Assembly (NCBI GenBank): GCA_964424195.1
Contig: CAYRHT010000003.1
Span: 14,919-78,918 of the forward strand
DNA length: 64,000 bases
Source of the DNA: an uncultured Gammaproteobacteria bacterium
GTDB lineage: Bacteria > Patescibacteriota > Patescibacteriia > UBA1558 > S5-K13
Direction: 5' to 3'
The notes below the pieces were generated by a model. It was given only the letters and a program-made list of their open reading frames with translations. It made no database searches and was not told where the DNA came from. Positions within the stretch are counted from its first letter, which is position 1. The number at the start of each line of letters is the position of its first letter. Shown here in pieces: positions 1 to 9,232 of this stretch. The translations under genes and the position numbers were made by a program.

Positions 1-636
1 GGATACAAAGAGTTTTTAGGTTTAGGATTGGATCAAATAAATCATTATGCTAAAGAGTTTGGTCTATCAAGTAAGTTGGGAATAGATTTACCTAATGAGA
101 ATGATGGATTTTTACCAACTGAAGCTTGGAAGAATGAAGTTAAAGATGAACCTTGGTATATTGGTGATACTTATCACTTAAGTATTGGACAAGGAGACAT
201 CCTAGTTACTCCCTTACAGGTAGCAATGTTTACTTCTGCGATTGCTAATGGTGGAACTTTGTATCAACCCCAACTACTAAAAGCAATAATTAAAGAAAAA
301 GAAGCTAAAGTAGTAAAACATCATATTAACAATGATAACTTTATCTCTCCAGAGAATATTAGTATAGTTCAAAAAGGACTGGAAATGTCAGTCACAGATG
401 GTTCTTCTCGCTATTTACTAACTTTACCAGTTTCAGCTACTGGAAAGACTGGAACAGCTCAATATGGAGCAGATAACAAGACTCATGCTTGGTTTACTGG
501 TTATGCTCCAGCTGAAGCTCCAGAAATAGTATTAACAGTCTTAATTGAAGATGGTGGAGGAGGCTCTTCAGTAGCAGTTCCCCTTGCTAGAGACATTTTA
601 TTGTGGTATTTTAACAATAAGGAAGGTGAAGAATAA
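1..636 (+). CDS. mrdA: Penicillin-binding protein 2, transpeptidase C-terminal part (5' truncated by window)
   Basis: KTGTAQ motif, SIGQG and HAWF motifs; close to mreB. Confidence 0.85.
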   Translation, partial: GYKEFLGLGLDQINHYAKEFGLSSKLGIDLPNENDGFLPTEAWKNEVKDEPWYIGDTYHLSIGQGDILVTPLQVAMFTSAIANGGTLYQPQLLKAIIKEKEAKVVKHHINNDNFISPENISIVQKGLEMSVTDGSSRYLLTLPVSATGKTGTAQYGADNKTHAWFTGYAPAEAPEIVLTVLIEDGGGGSSVAVPLARDILLWYFNNKEGEE

Positions 637-689
637 GCTACCTAGTGGGTTAGCTATTTTTAATATTTTAGAGATTAATAATTTAATAT

Positions 690-1151
690 ATGGCTAAAAG
701 TTATTTAACAGAAAAAGGTTTAAAGAAAATAGAAAAAGAATTAATAGAATTAAAAACTATTAAAAGACCAGATGTTGTAAAGAGAATTGATATTGCTCGA
801 GAATTTGGTGATTTATCAGAGAATGCAGCTTATCATGATGCTAAAGATGAACAGGGATATATCGAAGGTCGTATTTTAGAGTTGGAACATTTAATTAAAA
901 CTTCAGATATTATTGATGAAAATGTTCATGATAAGAATTTAGTTGAAATTGGAGCTCATGTTAAAGTTGATTTTGATGGAGAAGAAAAAGAATTTAATAT
1001 TGTTGGAGCAAATGAAGCTGATCCTATGAAAGGTTCAATATCTTACAATTCTCCTTTAGGAAGTTCTTTTATTGGGAAAAGAGTAGGGGATAAGTTTGAA
1101 GTAGAAGTTCCCAAAGGTAATATTCAATGTAAAATTTTAGAGATTAAATAA
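690..1151 (+). CDS. greA: Transcription elongation factor GreA
   Basis: GDLSENAAYHDAK and ISYNSPLG motifs. Confidence 0.95.
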   Translation: MAKSYLTEKGLKKIEKELIELKTIKRPDVVKRIDIAREFGDLSENAAYHDAKDEQGYIEGRILELEHLIKTSDIIDENVHDKNLVEIGAHVKVDFDGEEKEFNIVGANEADPMKGSISYNSPLGSSFIGKRVGDKFEVEVPKGNIQCKILEIK

Positions 1152-2165
1152 ATGTTTAGAAAAAAAATTGGAATAGATTTAGGTACAACAACTACATTAG
1201 TTTATGTGCCTAAAAAAGGAATTATTATCAATGAGCCATCTGTCGTGGCTGTTTCTTTGGTTGATAAAAAAGTATTAGCTGTAGGAAATGAAGCTAAAGA
1301 AATGATTGGAAGAACTCCTGACTCTATTACTGCTCATCGACCATTAAAGGACGGAGTTATTGCTGATTACAAAACAACAGAAAGCATGCTTCGTTATTTC
1401 ATAAACAAAGCTCTTTCGGGAGTTAAGATATTAAGACCAGAGGTTATGATTTCAGTACCAGCTGGTATTACTTCTACTGAAAGAAGAGCTGTAATTAGTG
1501 CTACTATTGCTTCTGGAGCTAAAGCTGCATATATCATTAAACAACCATTAGCAGCCGCTATTGGAGCAGAGATTCCAATTGGTTCAGCATCAGGACATAT
1601 GATTGTTGAAATGGGTGGTGGAACAACTGAAATAGCTGTTATCTCTTTAGGCGGTATTGTAACTTGTAATTCTGTTAGAATTGGTGGTACTAGATTTGAT
1701 GTCGCTATCATGGAGTATATTAAAAAGAAATATGGTTTAGCTATTGGAGAAAGAACAGCTGAATCAATTAAGATTAAAATTGGTTCTGCTTTATTCTTAG
1801 AAGATAAAGATAAGATGAGTATGGAAATTAAAGGCAGAGATATAGTTTCTGGTTTACCAAGAATTTTAACTATTACTTCTGATGATGTGACTGAAGCTTT
1901 ACAAAGTGAAATGGCTGGAATAGTTGCTGCAGTTAAATCTGTTTTGTATGATACTCCTCCAGAATTGTCAGCTGATGTAATGGATAAAGGAATGATTCTT
2001 TCTGGTGGAACAGCTCAACTTAGAAATATTGATAAATTATTATCTCAAGCAACTGGAGTACCAGCATATGTTTCAGATCGATCATATTTAAGTGTGGTTA
2101 AAGGAACAGGTGTGGCTTTAGAAAACCTAGATGCTTACAAGAGAAGTATTTTATCTACAAAATAA
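1152..2165 (+). CDS. mreB: Rod shape-determining protein MreB
   Basis: IGIDLGT, NEPSVVA, RPLKDGVIAD, GGGTTE motifs. Confidence 0.95.
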   Translation: MFRKKIGIDLGTTTTLVYVPKKGIIINEPSVVAVSLVDKKVLAVGNEAKEMIGRTPDSITAHRPLKDGVIADYKTTESMLRYFINKALSGVKILRPEVMISVPAGITSTERRAVISATIASGAKAAYIIKQPLAAAIGAEIPIGSASGHMIVEMGGGTTEIAVISLGGIVTCNSVRIGGTRFDVAIMEYIKKKYGLAIGERTAESIKIKIGSALFLEDKDKMSMEIKGRDIVSGLPRILTITSDDVTEALQSEMAGIVAAVKSVLYDTPPELSADVMDKGMILSGGTAQLRNIDKLLSQATGVPAYVSDRSYLSVVKGTGVALENLDAYKRSILSTK

Positions 2166-3253
2166 TGAAAATTGGAATTGATGCTAGTCGAATTAATTTA
2201 AAGCAAAAAACTGGTACCGAGTGGTATTCTTATTACATTACTAAGTATTTATTAAATATTGATAGAAATAATCAATATTTTTTGTTTTCTAGGGAAGAAT
2301 TAGCCAATGAATTCTTAGAATATCCAAATGTAAAGAATATTGTTTTAAAATGGCCTTTAAAAAAGTTTTGGACTTTTACTAAACTTAGTTCAGAGTTAAA
2401 GAAATATGATTTAGATCTCTTTTTCTCTCCAGCTCATAATTTACCAAATACTAAAGCTAAGAAAGTAATAACTTGGCATGATTGTGGTTATGAATACTTT
2501 CCTAATCATTATTCTCAGACTCAGCTATTATCTTTAAAACTAGGTGCTAAGAGTTTAAGTAAAACAGATTTAATCATCACCCCTTCATTAAATACTAAAA
2601 ATGATATTATTAAATTCTATGGAATAGGGGAAGACAGGATATTTGTAGTTCCTCATGGGATTGATTTTGAAAAGTATAACAATATTAGTGCTACCAATGA
2701 TGTATTAGAGAAGTATAATATTCAGAAAGACTATCTACTATACATTGGTCGTTTGGAATCTAAGAAGAATATTGTTAATTTAATAAAGTCCTATGAGAAG
2801 CTAAGAGAAAATAATGATTTTCAATTAGTCTTAGTTGGTAAGCCTGGGTTTGAATTTGAAACTATTAATGATCAGATTCAGAGTTCAGATTACAAAGAAG
2901 ATATTAAAGTAATAGGTTGGGTTAATGAAGAAGAGAAGATAGAGCTTCTTAAAAAAGCAAAACTATTTTGTTTAGTAAGTATTTTTGAAGGATTTGGTAT
3001 ACCAATTCTAGAAGCTATGTTATGCAAGGTACCTGTTTTAATGTCAGATTTAGAAGTTTTTAAAGAATTTGGAATTAATGATGCCTGTTTTACTGGGAAT
3101 AATATTGGGAATATTAGTTCTCAGATGGAAGAGTTGTTATTAAATGAAGAATTAAGGGAAAGTATTATAGATAAAAATTATGAATTAGTTCAGAATTTTA
3201 ATTGGCAAAAGTCAGCTCAAGATACTCTAGAAGTATTTAAAAGATTAATTTGA
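2165..3253 (+). CDS. GT4 family glycosyltransferase
   Basis: MKIGIDA start, EGFGIPILEAM motif. Confidence 0.9.
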   Translation: MKIGIDASRINLKQKTGTEWYSYYITKYLLNIDRNNQYFLFSREELANEFLEYPNVKNIVLKWPLKKFWTFTKLSSELKKYDLDLFFSPAHNLPNTKAKKVITWHDCGYEYFPNHYSQTQLLSLKLGAKSLSKTDLIITPSLNTKNDIIKFYGIGEDRIFVVPHGIDFEKYNNISATNDVLEKYNIQKDYLLYIGRLESKKNIVNLIKSYEKLRENNDFQLVLVGKPGFEFETINDQIQSSDYKEDIKVIGWVNEEEKIELLKKAKLFCLVSIFEGFGIPILEAMLCKVPVLMSDLEVFKEFGINDACFTGNNIGNISSQMEELLLNEELRESIIDKNYELVQNFNWQKSAQDTLEVFKRLI

Positions 3254-3278
3254 CATATTTAATCACTTATGTTAGTAT
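3250..3278 (+). promoter_or_regulatory. Sigma70-type promoter for the Asn leader/tRNA-Asn unit
   Basis: TTGACA (3250-3255), 17-nt spacer, TAGTAT (3273-3278). Confidence 0.75.
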
Positions 3279-3287
3279 AGATATATT

Positions 3288-3335
3288 ATGAAAAGACAAA
3301 TGACAAAATTAAATAATAATAATAATCTCGAATAG
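3288..3335 (+). CDS. Putative Asn-sensing leader peptide MKRQMTKLNNNNNLE (15 aa)
   Basis: ATG 3288, five tandem AAT codons 3312-3326, TAG 3333-3335, immediately before attenuator hairpins and tRNA-Asn. Confidence 0.75.
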   Translation: MKRQMTKLNNNNNLE

Positions 3336-3336
3336 G

Positions 3337-3387
3337 TTGCGAGCTATTTTTATTTATTTAATTCAGCTCGCAAAGCTGAATTTTTTT
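3337..3387 (+). terminator. Attenuator: antiterminator versus intrinsic terminator
   Basis: TTGCGAGCT (3337-3345) is complementary to AGCTCGCAA (3365-3373); terminator stem AATTCAGCT/AGCTGAATT (3360-3382) with T7 tract 3381-3387. Confidence 0.75.
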
Positions 3388-3389
3388 AT

Positions 3390-3464
3390 TGCCGGGTAGT
3401 TGAGTGGTACAACGCTACGCTGTTAACGTAGATATCGCTGGTTCGATCCCAGCCCCGGCAGCCA
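3390..3464 (+). tRNA. tRNA-Asn (GTT)
   Basis: Cloverleaf: acceptor TGCCGGG/CCCGGCA, D arm GTTG/CAAC, anticodon arm CTACG-CTGTTAA-CGTAG, T arm GCTGG-TTCGATC-CCAGC, discriminator G, encoded CCA. Confidence 0.95.
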
Positions 3465-3469
3465 TCATT

Positions 3470-3495
3470 AAACATAGTCTAAAGCTATGTTTTTT
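3470..3495 (+). terminator. Intrinsic terminator after tRNA-Asn
   Basis: AAACATAG-tctaaag-CTATGTTT followed by T run. Confidence 0.6.
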
Positions 3496-3564
3496 GTTTT
3501 ACAAAATTAAAATAATTTGTTAAGGTTTTGGTAATAAAATATAATTAAAAAAAAGGAGGACATT

Positions 3565-4116
3565 TTGCAGGTAAAAATTATTATTCTATCAAAAAAGGAG
3601 TTGAAAGAAATCGCTGAGACCTTAGATAAACATTATTTTGAATTATTGGAATTAATGTTTACTAGGAAAGTGGAAGAAATTAGAAGTGATAGAGAAAGTA
3701 CATTTCGAGATATCAACAATATTGAACATAAAATTGTCGATAATAAAACACTTAGAGTTGAAATTACTTTTGGATCAAAAATTCCAATGTATAAAGCTTG
3801 TTCATCTCAGATTAATATTAAACTTTCTCCACGATGTTTGTCATTTTCTGTTAAAGAGAATAAAATGATGAAGGGTAGACTGAAGAAAGATTTTGATGTT
3901 TATAAGATCGTAGCATTTTTAAATGAGATTGGAATTGAATCAAAGGTATTTAAAATTGCTGATAGTAAATCTTTGAATGGAAATATTGATGGGAAACAGC
4001 ATACAGAACCTAAAGGATCAAATGGATTTGGAAAAAAACCTAGAAGCGATAGAGTTCAGACCGGTGAACCATCTAGAAAACAAAAGAAAAATCTAAAGAA
4101 GAAAAAGAAGAAATAA
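3565..4116 (+). CDS. Hypothetical protein with Lys-rich C-terminus
   Basis: 183-aa ORF, AGGAGG SD before TTG start, terminator AGCAGGAAC/GTTCCTGCT after it. Confidence 0.65.
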   Translation: MQVKIIILSKKELKEIAETLDKHYFELLELMFTRKVEEIRSDRESTFRDINNIEHKIVDNKTLRVEITFGSKIPMYKACSSQINIKLSPRCLSFSVKENKMMKGRLKKDFDVYKIVAFLNEIGIESKVFKIADSKSLNGNIDGKQHTEPKGSNGFGKKPRSDRVQTGEPSRKQKKNLKKKKKK

Positions 4117-4198
4117 TTATATAGCAGGAACTTTGTTCCTGCTTTTTTATTGACTTTAGAGAGTATTGGGTTTAAGCTAAAAGAAAAAAGGAGGAATT

Positions 4199-5185
4199 AT
4201 GAAAAAGACAGTGATGCTTGTGATGTTAGTTCTGTTATTCACTGCTTGTTCAGTGAATAGAGTTAATGTTCGTAGTTCAGATGAGCTATCTCAAATTGAA
4301 GATAGGGAGCTATTAAATGTTCAAGCTCGTCGATTAATTGAAGATCAAAAACTATCTTGGGAAAAAGAAGATAGTCTTAATATTGCCTATATCGGAGATA
4401 CTCGATCAAGTACTATTAAAAGATTATCTAAGGACGATATTGTTCCTGCTTTTCGTGATATGTCTAAGCAGATGATTGATGAAGATGTGGATTTGATATT
4501 CCATTGTGGTGATATTAGTTCCATGGGTACTGAAATTCAATTTCAAAATTACTATAATTTTGTAAAAAGAATTATGGATATTTATGGGATTCCATTCCTA
4601 ACTGTTGTGGGAAATCATGAGTGGAATAAAATTGATGGATACAAGTATTATTTTACTTATGTAGATTCGATCTTAGATTATAATTTTGATATCTTAGATT
4701 CTAGATTTTTAGTATTCTCTAACTATGGAAATAATGGAATAAAGAATTATCAATTTACAGACTTACAATTGAAAAATTTGAAGAGATTGATTGATCTACC
4801 AGAGGATATTAAGAAATTGATGATTTTAACTCATGCTCCTATCTGGTTAAGACCTTCTAAGAATAACGGAAAGTATCAGAATTACTTTGAATTTGATGAT
4901 ATTTTAATTCAGAAGAGGTTAATTGATAAAACTAAAATTTATTGCATTAATGGTCATCAACACAAATACGCTAAAAAGGTGGAGAATAACATTCTTTACT
5001 TAACTAGTGGAGGTGGTGGAGGACCATTTAAGAATCCAAAGTTTTTAGGAGTGGATCAACAGAATAAATATTTTTTCTGGATCAAGACTATTCATGACTT
5101 AAATTCTAATGCTTTAAGATTTAAAATAAAGTTTAGGAAAGCAAAGTTAGAGAAATTTGCTGTTCAATACAATTTTACCTTCTAG
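4199..5185 (+). CDS. Calcineurin-like metallophosphoesterase, predicted lipoprotein
   Basis: GD, GD, GNHE, TH and GHQH motifs; lipobox LFTAC; AGGAGG SD. Confidence 0.85.
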   Translation: MKKTVMLVMLVLLFTACSVNRVNVRSSDELSQIEDRELLNVQARRLIEDQKLSWEKEDSLNIAYIGDTRSSTIKRLSKDDIVPAFRDMSKQMIDEDVDLIFHCGDISSMGTEIQFQNYYNFVKRIMDIYGIPFLTVVGNHEWNKIDGYKYYFTYVDSILDYNFDILDSRFLVFSNYGNNGIKNYQFTDLQLKNLKRLIDLPEDIKKLMILTHAPIWLRPSKNNGKYQNYFEFDDILIQKRLIDKTKIYCINGHQHKYAKKVENNILYLTSGGGGGPFKNPKFLGVDQQNKYFFWIKTIHDLNSNALRFKIKFRKAKLEKFAVQYNFTF

Positions 5186-5242
5186 TCTGTATGCTAGGGG
5201 GTTTTTTTATTGACAAAACACTTAAAACATACTATATTAATG

Positions 5243-5569
5243 GGTAGTTAAGTTAGTAGATGATCGACAAGTATATTTAATACTTGTAGGAAAGTCCGAA
5301 CACTAGAAAAGAATAATTGGTAACGCCAACCCTAGAAAAGAGTAATCTTTTTTAGAGAACAAGTGGAACAGAAAATATACCTGCCTTTATTGGCTAAGGG
5401 TGAAATTGCTAATTAATGAATTAGCGCGCTTTATTGGTGACAATAGAGAAGAGTTAAACTTTATTCAGTGCAAGGCCAAATTTGGTAGGCTGCTAGAATA
5501 TTATGGCAACATGATATCAAGATAGATGATCATCCTCGACAGAATTCGGCTTATTCTAATTTAACTGCT
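5243..5569 (+). ncRNA. rnpB: RNase P RNA
   Basis: AGGAAAGTCC and ACAGAATTCGGCTTA conserved P4 strands, P1 (GTAGTTAAGTTAG/CTAATTTAACTGC), P2 (GATGATC/GATCATC); TTGACA promoter at 5210. Confidence 0.92.
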
Positions 5570-5580
5570 ATATTATACTT

Positions 5581-6969
5581 ATGAGAAAAAATAAATTATT
5601 ATTAGATGTGATTGAAGTCCCTTTGGATTTTATTCTTTTAATTTTGTCAGGAGTACTGGCTTACTTTTTAAGATTTAAATCTTTTGTGGTTCAATATCGA
5701 CCAATTCTTTTTGATTTACCTTTCTTATTATTCTTTAAGATACTTTTAGGAGTATCTTTTTTTGCTTTAATAGTTCTATTTTTCTCTGGACTTTATAGTC
5801 TGCAAAGAAAGAAATTAAGAGCTAAGATTTCTAAAGTATTTTCAGCTTGCTCAGTTCTAATTTTAATTCTAATTGTAGCTTTCTTTTTTAATCAAAGATT
5901 ATTTTCTTCCCGTTTTATAGTAATCTTCTTTTGGATATTTAGTTTAACATTCTTTTCTTTAGAAAGAATAATTTTAAATATTATCTATAATACTCTAGTT
6001 AAGAAAGGAATTATTCAAATTAGAGCAGTATTGATTGGTGATAATGATAATTCTCGGAGGTTAATTAGTGAATTTAAAGAGAACAAGTCTTTAGGTTATG
6101 CAATTATAGCTAGTTATGATGTTTTGAATGAAGGAACTATCTCAGAGCTAGATAAATTAAGTCAGGAAACTTTAATCGATGAAATTATTCTAGCTGACCC
6201 TTATGCTGATCGTCAGGCAATTAGTCAATTAGTTAATTTTTGTGGTACTCATCATATTGTCTATCGTTATGCCGCTTCTATTCTAGAAACTAAAATTATT
6301 AATTTTGAAGTAGATACTATTGCTGGAATCCCAATGATTGAGATTAAAGGAACTCCTTTGGATGGTTGGGGTAAGATTTGGAAGAGAATTTTTGATATTA
6401 TGGTATCTTTTATTGGTTTAATTATTTTAATTCCAATTTACTTAATAGTGGGATTAATAATTAAATTAGATTCTAAAGGTCCAGTCTTAGTAAAACTTAA
6501 TCGAGTTGGTTCTAAGAATAAGGTTTTTGGATTGTATAAATTTAGATCAATGGTAGTTGGTGCTGAAAAAATGAAGAAAGATTTAATGGAGCAGAATGAA
6601 AGAGAGGATGGTCCTTTGTTTAAAATGAAAAATGATCCTCGAATTACTAAAGTTGGTAAATTTATTCGGAGAACTTCTATTGATGAACTACCTAATTTAA
6701 TTAATGTTTTTAGAGGAGAGATGAGTTTAGTAGGTCCTCGAGCTCATGAACCAGGAGAAGTACAGAATTACAGAGATAATCATCTAAAACTACTTTCTAT
6801 TAAACCAGGAGTTACTGGTATGGCTCAAGTATCTGGTCGTTCAGATTTAAAGTTTGAAGAAGAGGTAAAGTTAGATATTTATTATATTGAGAATTGGGGT
6901 TTAATGTTAGATTTGAGAATCTTATTAAAGACTATTAAAGTAGTTTTGTTTGATAAGACAGCGGTTTAG
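5581..6969 (+). CDS. Polyprenyl-phosphate sugar phosphotransferase (WcaJ/CpsE-like)
   Basis: N-terminal TM helices; KFRSM, DPRITKVG, SIDELP, MSLVGPR, KPGVTG motifs. Confidence 0.92.
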   Translation: MRKNKLLLDVIEVPLDFILLILSGVLAYFLRFKSFVVQYRPILFDLPFLLFFKILLGVSFFALIVLFFSGLYSLQRKKLRAKISKVFSACSVLILILIVAFFFNQRLFSSRFIVIFFWIFSLTFFSLERIILNIIYNTLVKKGIIQIRAVLIGDNDNSRRLISEFKENKSLGYAIIASYDVLNEGTISELDKLSQETLIDEIILADPYADRQAISQLVNFCGTHHIVYRYAASILETKIINFEVDTIAGIPMIEIKGTPLDGWGKIWKRIFDIMVSFIGLIILIPIYLIVGLIIKLDSKGPVLVKLNRVGSKNKVFGLYKFRSMVVGAEKMKKDLMEQNEREDGPLFKMKNDPRITKVGKFIRRTSIDELPNLINVFRGEMSLVGPRAHEPGEVQNYRDNHLKLLSIKPGVTGMAQVSGRSDLKFEEEVKLDIYYIENWGLMLDLRILLKTIKVVLFDKTAV

Positions 6970-7071
6970 ATTAATTTCTAATTTAGAGTTTTAATAGGTC
7001 TGTGAAAGCAGATTTTTTTGTTTAGAAATAAAAAAGGGTGATAATTAAATCACCCTTGATTGTATTGACTG

Positions 7072-8046
7072 TTAGAGCTCTTCGCGGAGCTCCTTCAGTA
7101 ATTTAATGACAATAGGAATATGCTTTTTATATTCTTCCTTTTGTCCGTACTGATAATCTCTATCAATATAACGGTATGTTTTATTGAGAGTGATTATTTC
7201 TATGTTGACGGTTTTAATTTTGTCTTCGATATTTTTTTCCCATTCTCGTTTTGCTTTCTTAACCCCATCTAACATGGCTTTTGTTGTTTTTCCCCATTCT
7301 TCCCAGTCAAATGGAAAGATTTTATAGGAATTTTCATTTTGTTTTTCGTAGAAAGCTTCTTCTTGAATTTTGACCTCTATTTTTTTAATTGTAGCGAGGC
7401 TATCCATAACTTCCCAAGCATCTCTATCATATCTACCATAAGTGGATTTACTGGAATCCGGCCACATGAATGTACTTTTTTCCAAGCTGTCGATTCTGGC
7501 AAATAAAAGATCTTTTTTCTTGAATAACTTTTTCGGGAAATTTCCTTCAAGATTAATGATTAAATCATCAATTGCTCGATAGGCTTTTCCTTTGACATTA
7601 AACAATTTTACACCTTTTGCAATCAAAGGAATCGCTTCGGTTCCGAGAAGTTTTATCTCAGCCGGAGTTTTCGCTTTAAATTTGTCTAAAGAGTTCTGAT
7701 GACTGTAATAAATTAAACTGTCAGAAATTATCCCTTTGGTTTCTTGGAAGAAACTTTTATTCTGCATATTCTGGTTTGTTGCCATAATAGCAATATATCT
7801 ACCACAATACGTGTCGATATATCCGTAGCCACTGTCAGGTCTTTGATACCAAGTATCTTTGTCATAAAAACCAGTGACATTTTTCATGCTTCCTTTGAAA
7901 GTGAAGCTATCTATGACGTGGATAATCAATTTGTAAGAAGCTTTTACTTCTAAGGTGAATTGTTGAATCAATTCCTGAGGTGTGATCGCAAAAACCACAC
8001 TACCAATTAATACTACTAACAATAAGATTGTTGTCATTTTTTTCAT
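7072..8046 (-). CDS. Secreted hypothetical protein
   Basis: 324-aa ORF with signal peptide and AGGAGG SD; codon style differs from neighbours. Confidence 0.7.
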   Translation of the reverse strand: MKKMTTILLLVVLIGSVVFAITPQELIQQFTLEVKASYKLIIHVIDSFTFKGSMKNVTGFYDKDTWYQRPDSGYGYIDTYCGRYIAIMATNQNMQNKSFFQETKGIISDSLIYYSHQNSLDKFKAKTPAEIKLLGTEAIPLIAKGVKLFNVKGKAYRAIDDLIINLEGNFPKKLFKKKDLLFARIDSLEKSTFMWPDSSKSTYGRYDRDAWEVMDSLATIKKIEVKIQEEAFYEKQNENSYKIFPFDWEEWGKTTKAMLDGVKKAKREWEKNIEDKIKTVNIEIITLNKTYRYIDRDYQYGQKEEYKKHIPIVIKLLKELREEL

Positions 8047-8201
8047 TTTTCCTCCTATTTAATAAATTATTTAAGCTTTACCTTTACGATAAATTACCTC
8101 ATTGGGCTTAATATTTATTTTTTTGTTGAACATATCAGAGTATCATTTATAAGTAAATTTGTCAAGGTATATTTAGAAATATTTTTCTGCTATAATATTC
8201 T

Positions 8202-9232
8202 TATGTTAGATAATAAAAAAATAAAAAATAATATTGTTATTTATCAAGCAAAGAATGGTGCTATTGAGCTTCGTGCTGATAATTATAAAGAGACAATATG
8301 GGCAAGTCAAAAGGAACTTGCTGAAGTTTTTGGTGTAAATGTAAAAACCATTAATGAACATATTTTAAATATTTTTAAAACAAAAGAGTTAGATAAAATT
8401 TCAACTATCCGGAAATTCCGGATAGTTCGAAAAGAGGGGAAAAGAGATGTTGAGCGAGAAGTAATACATTATAATCTTGATATGATTGTTTCCGTTGGTT
8501 ATCGAGTTAATTCAAAGACTGCTACTAAATTTAGACAATGGGCAACGAAGATTTTAAAGAGTCATATTACTAAAGGCTATAGTATTAATAAAAAACAAAT
8601 TGCTAGGAATTATGATGATTTTATGCAAACAGTTTCTAATATTCAAAATCTTTTACCAGAACATATAGCTTTAAATCCTAAAGCAGTATTAGATCTTATT
8701 AAAGAGTTTGCTGGCACATGGGTGTCATTAGATGCTTATGACAAGGAGATTCTTAGTGGTATTGGTTCTACAAAAAAAGAGATTAAGTTGTCAGGAGTTG
8801 AGTTAGTAGAGGTGATAATGAAACTTCGTAATGAATTAATTAAAAAAGGTGAGGCTACAGAAATTTTTGCTCAAGAAAAGAATAATGGAAGTGTTGTTGG
8901 CATTGTAGGTAATGTAATGCAATCATTTGGTGGTGAGGCTTTGTATAAGACTCTGGAAGAAAAAGCAGCTCATCTTCTTTACTTTATGGTTAAAGATCAT
9001 CCTTTTATTGATGGAAATAAGCGTTCTGGTGCTTTTGCTTTTTTATGGTTTTTAAGAAAAGCTAAGGTAAAAGGTTTTAAAAATATAAATCCTAGTGCAC
9101 TTACTGCTTTAACATTATTAATTGCAGAAAGTAGTCCTAAGAAAAAAGAACAAATGGTAGCTGTAGTAATAACATTGTTATCAATGAAAACAAAAAAGTA
9201 ATAAATTTAATATGTTAGATAATAAAAAAATA
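8202..9232 (+). repeat. 22-bp direct repeat flanking the RhuM-Fic gene
   Basis: TATGTTAGATAATAAAAAAATA at 8202-8223 and 9211-9232. Confidence 0.85.
8203..9201 (+). CDS. RhuM-like / Fic-Doc domain fusion protein
   Basis: YNLDMIVSVGYRVNS..ATKFRQWAT (RhuM) plus HPFIDGNKR (Fic/Doc). Confidence 0.9.
   Translation: MLDNKKIKNNIVIYQAKNGAIELRADNYKETIWASQKELAEVFGVNVKTINEHILNIFKTKELDKISTIRKFRIVRKEGKRDVEREVIHYNLDMIVSVGYRVNSKTATKFRQWATKILKSHITKGYSINKKQIARNYDDFMQTVSNIQNLLPEHIALNPKAVLDLIKEFAGTWVSLDAYDKEILSGIGSTKKEIKLSGVELVEVIMKLRNELIKKGEATEIFAQEKNNGSVVGIVGNVMQSFGGEALYKTLEEKAAHLLYFMVKDHPFIDGNKRSGAFAFLWFLRKAKVKGFKNINPSALTALTLLIAESSPKKKEQMVAVVITLLSMKTKK

Noticed and set aside
3288-3387. T-box riboswitch explanation for the terminator before tRNA-Asn
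   Set aside because: The leader is only about 100 nt and has no TGGNACC T-box motif or stem I; the Asn-codon uORF explains it better.
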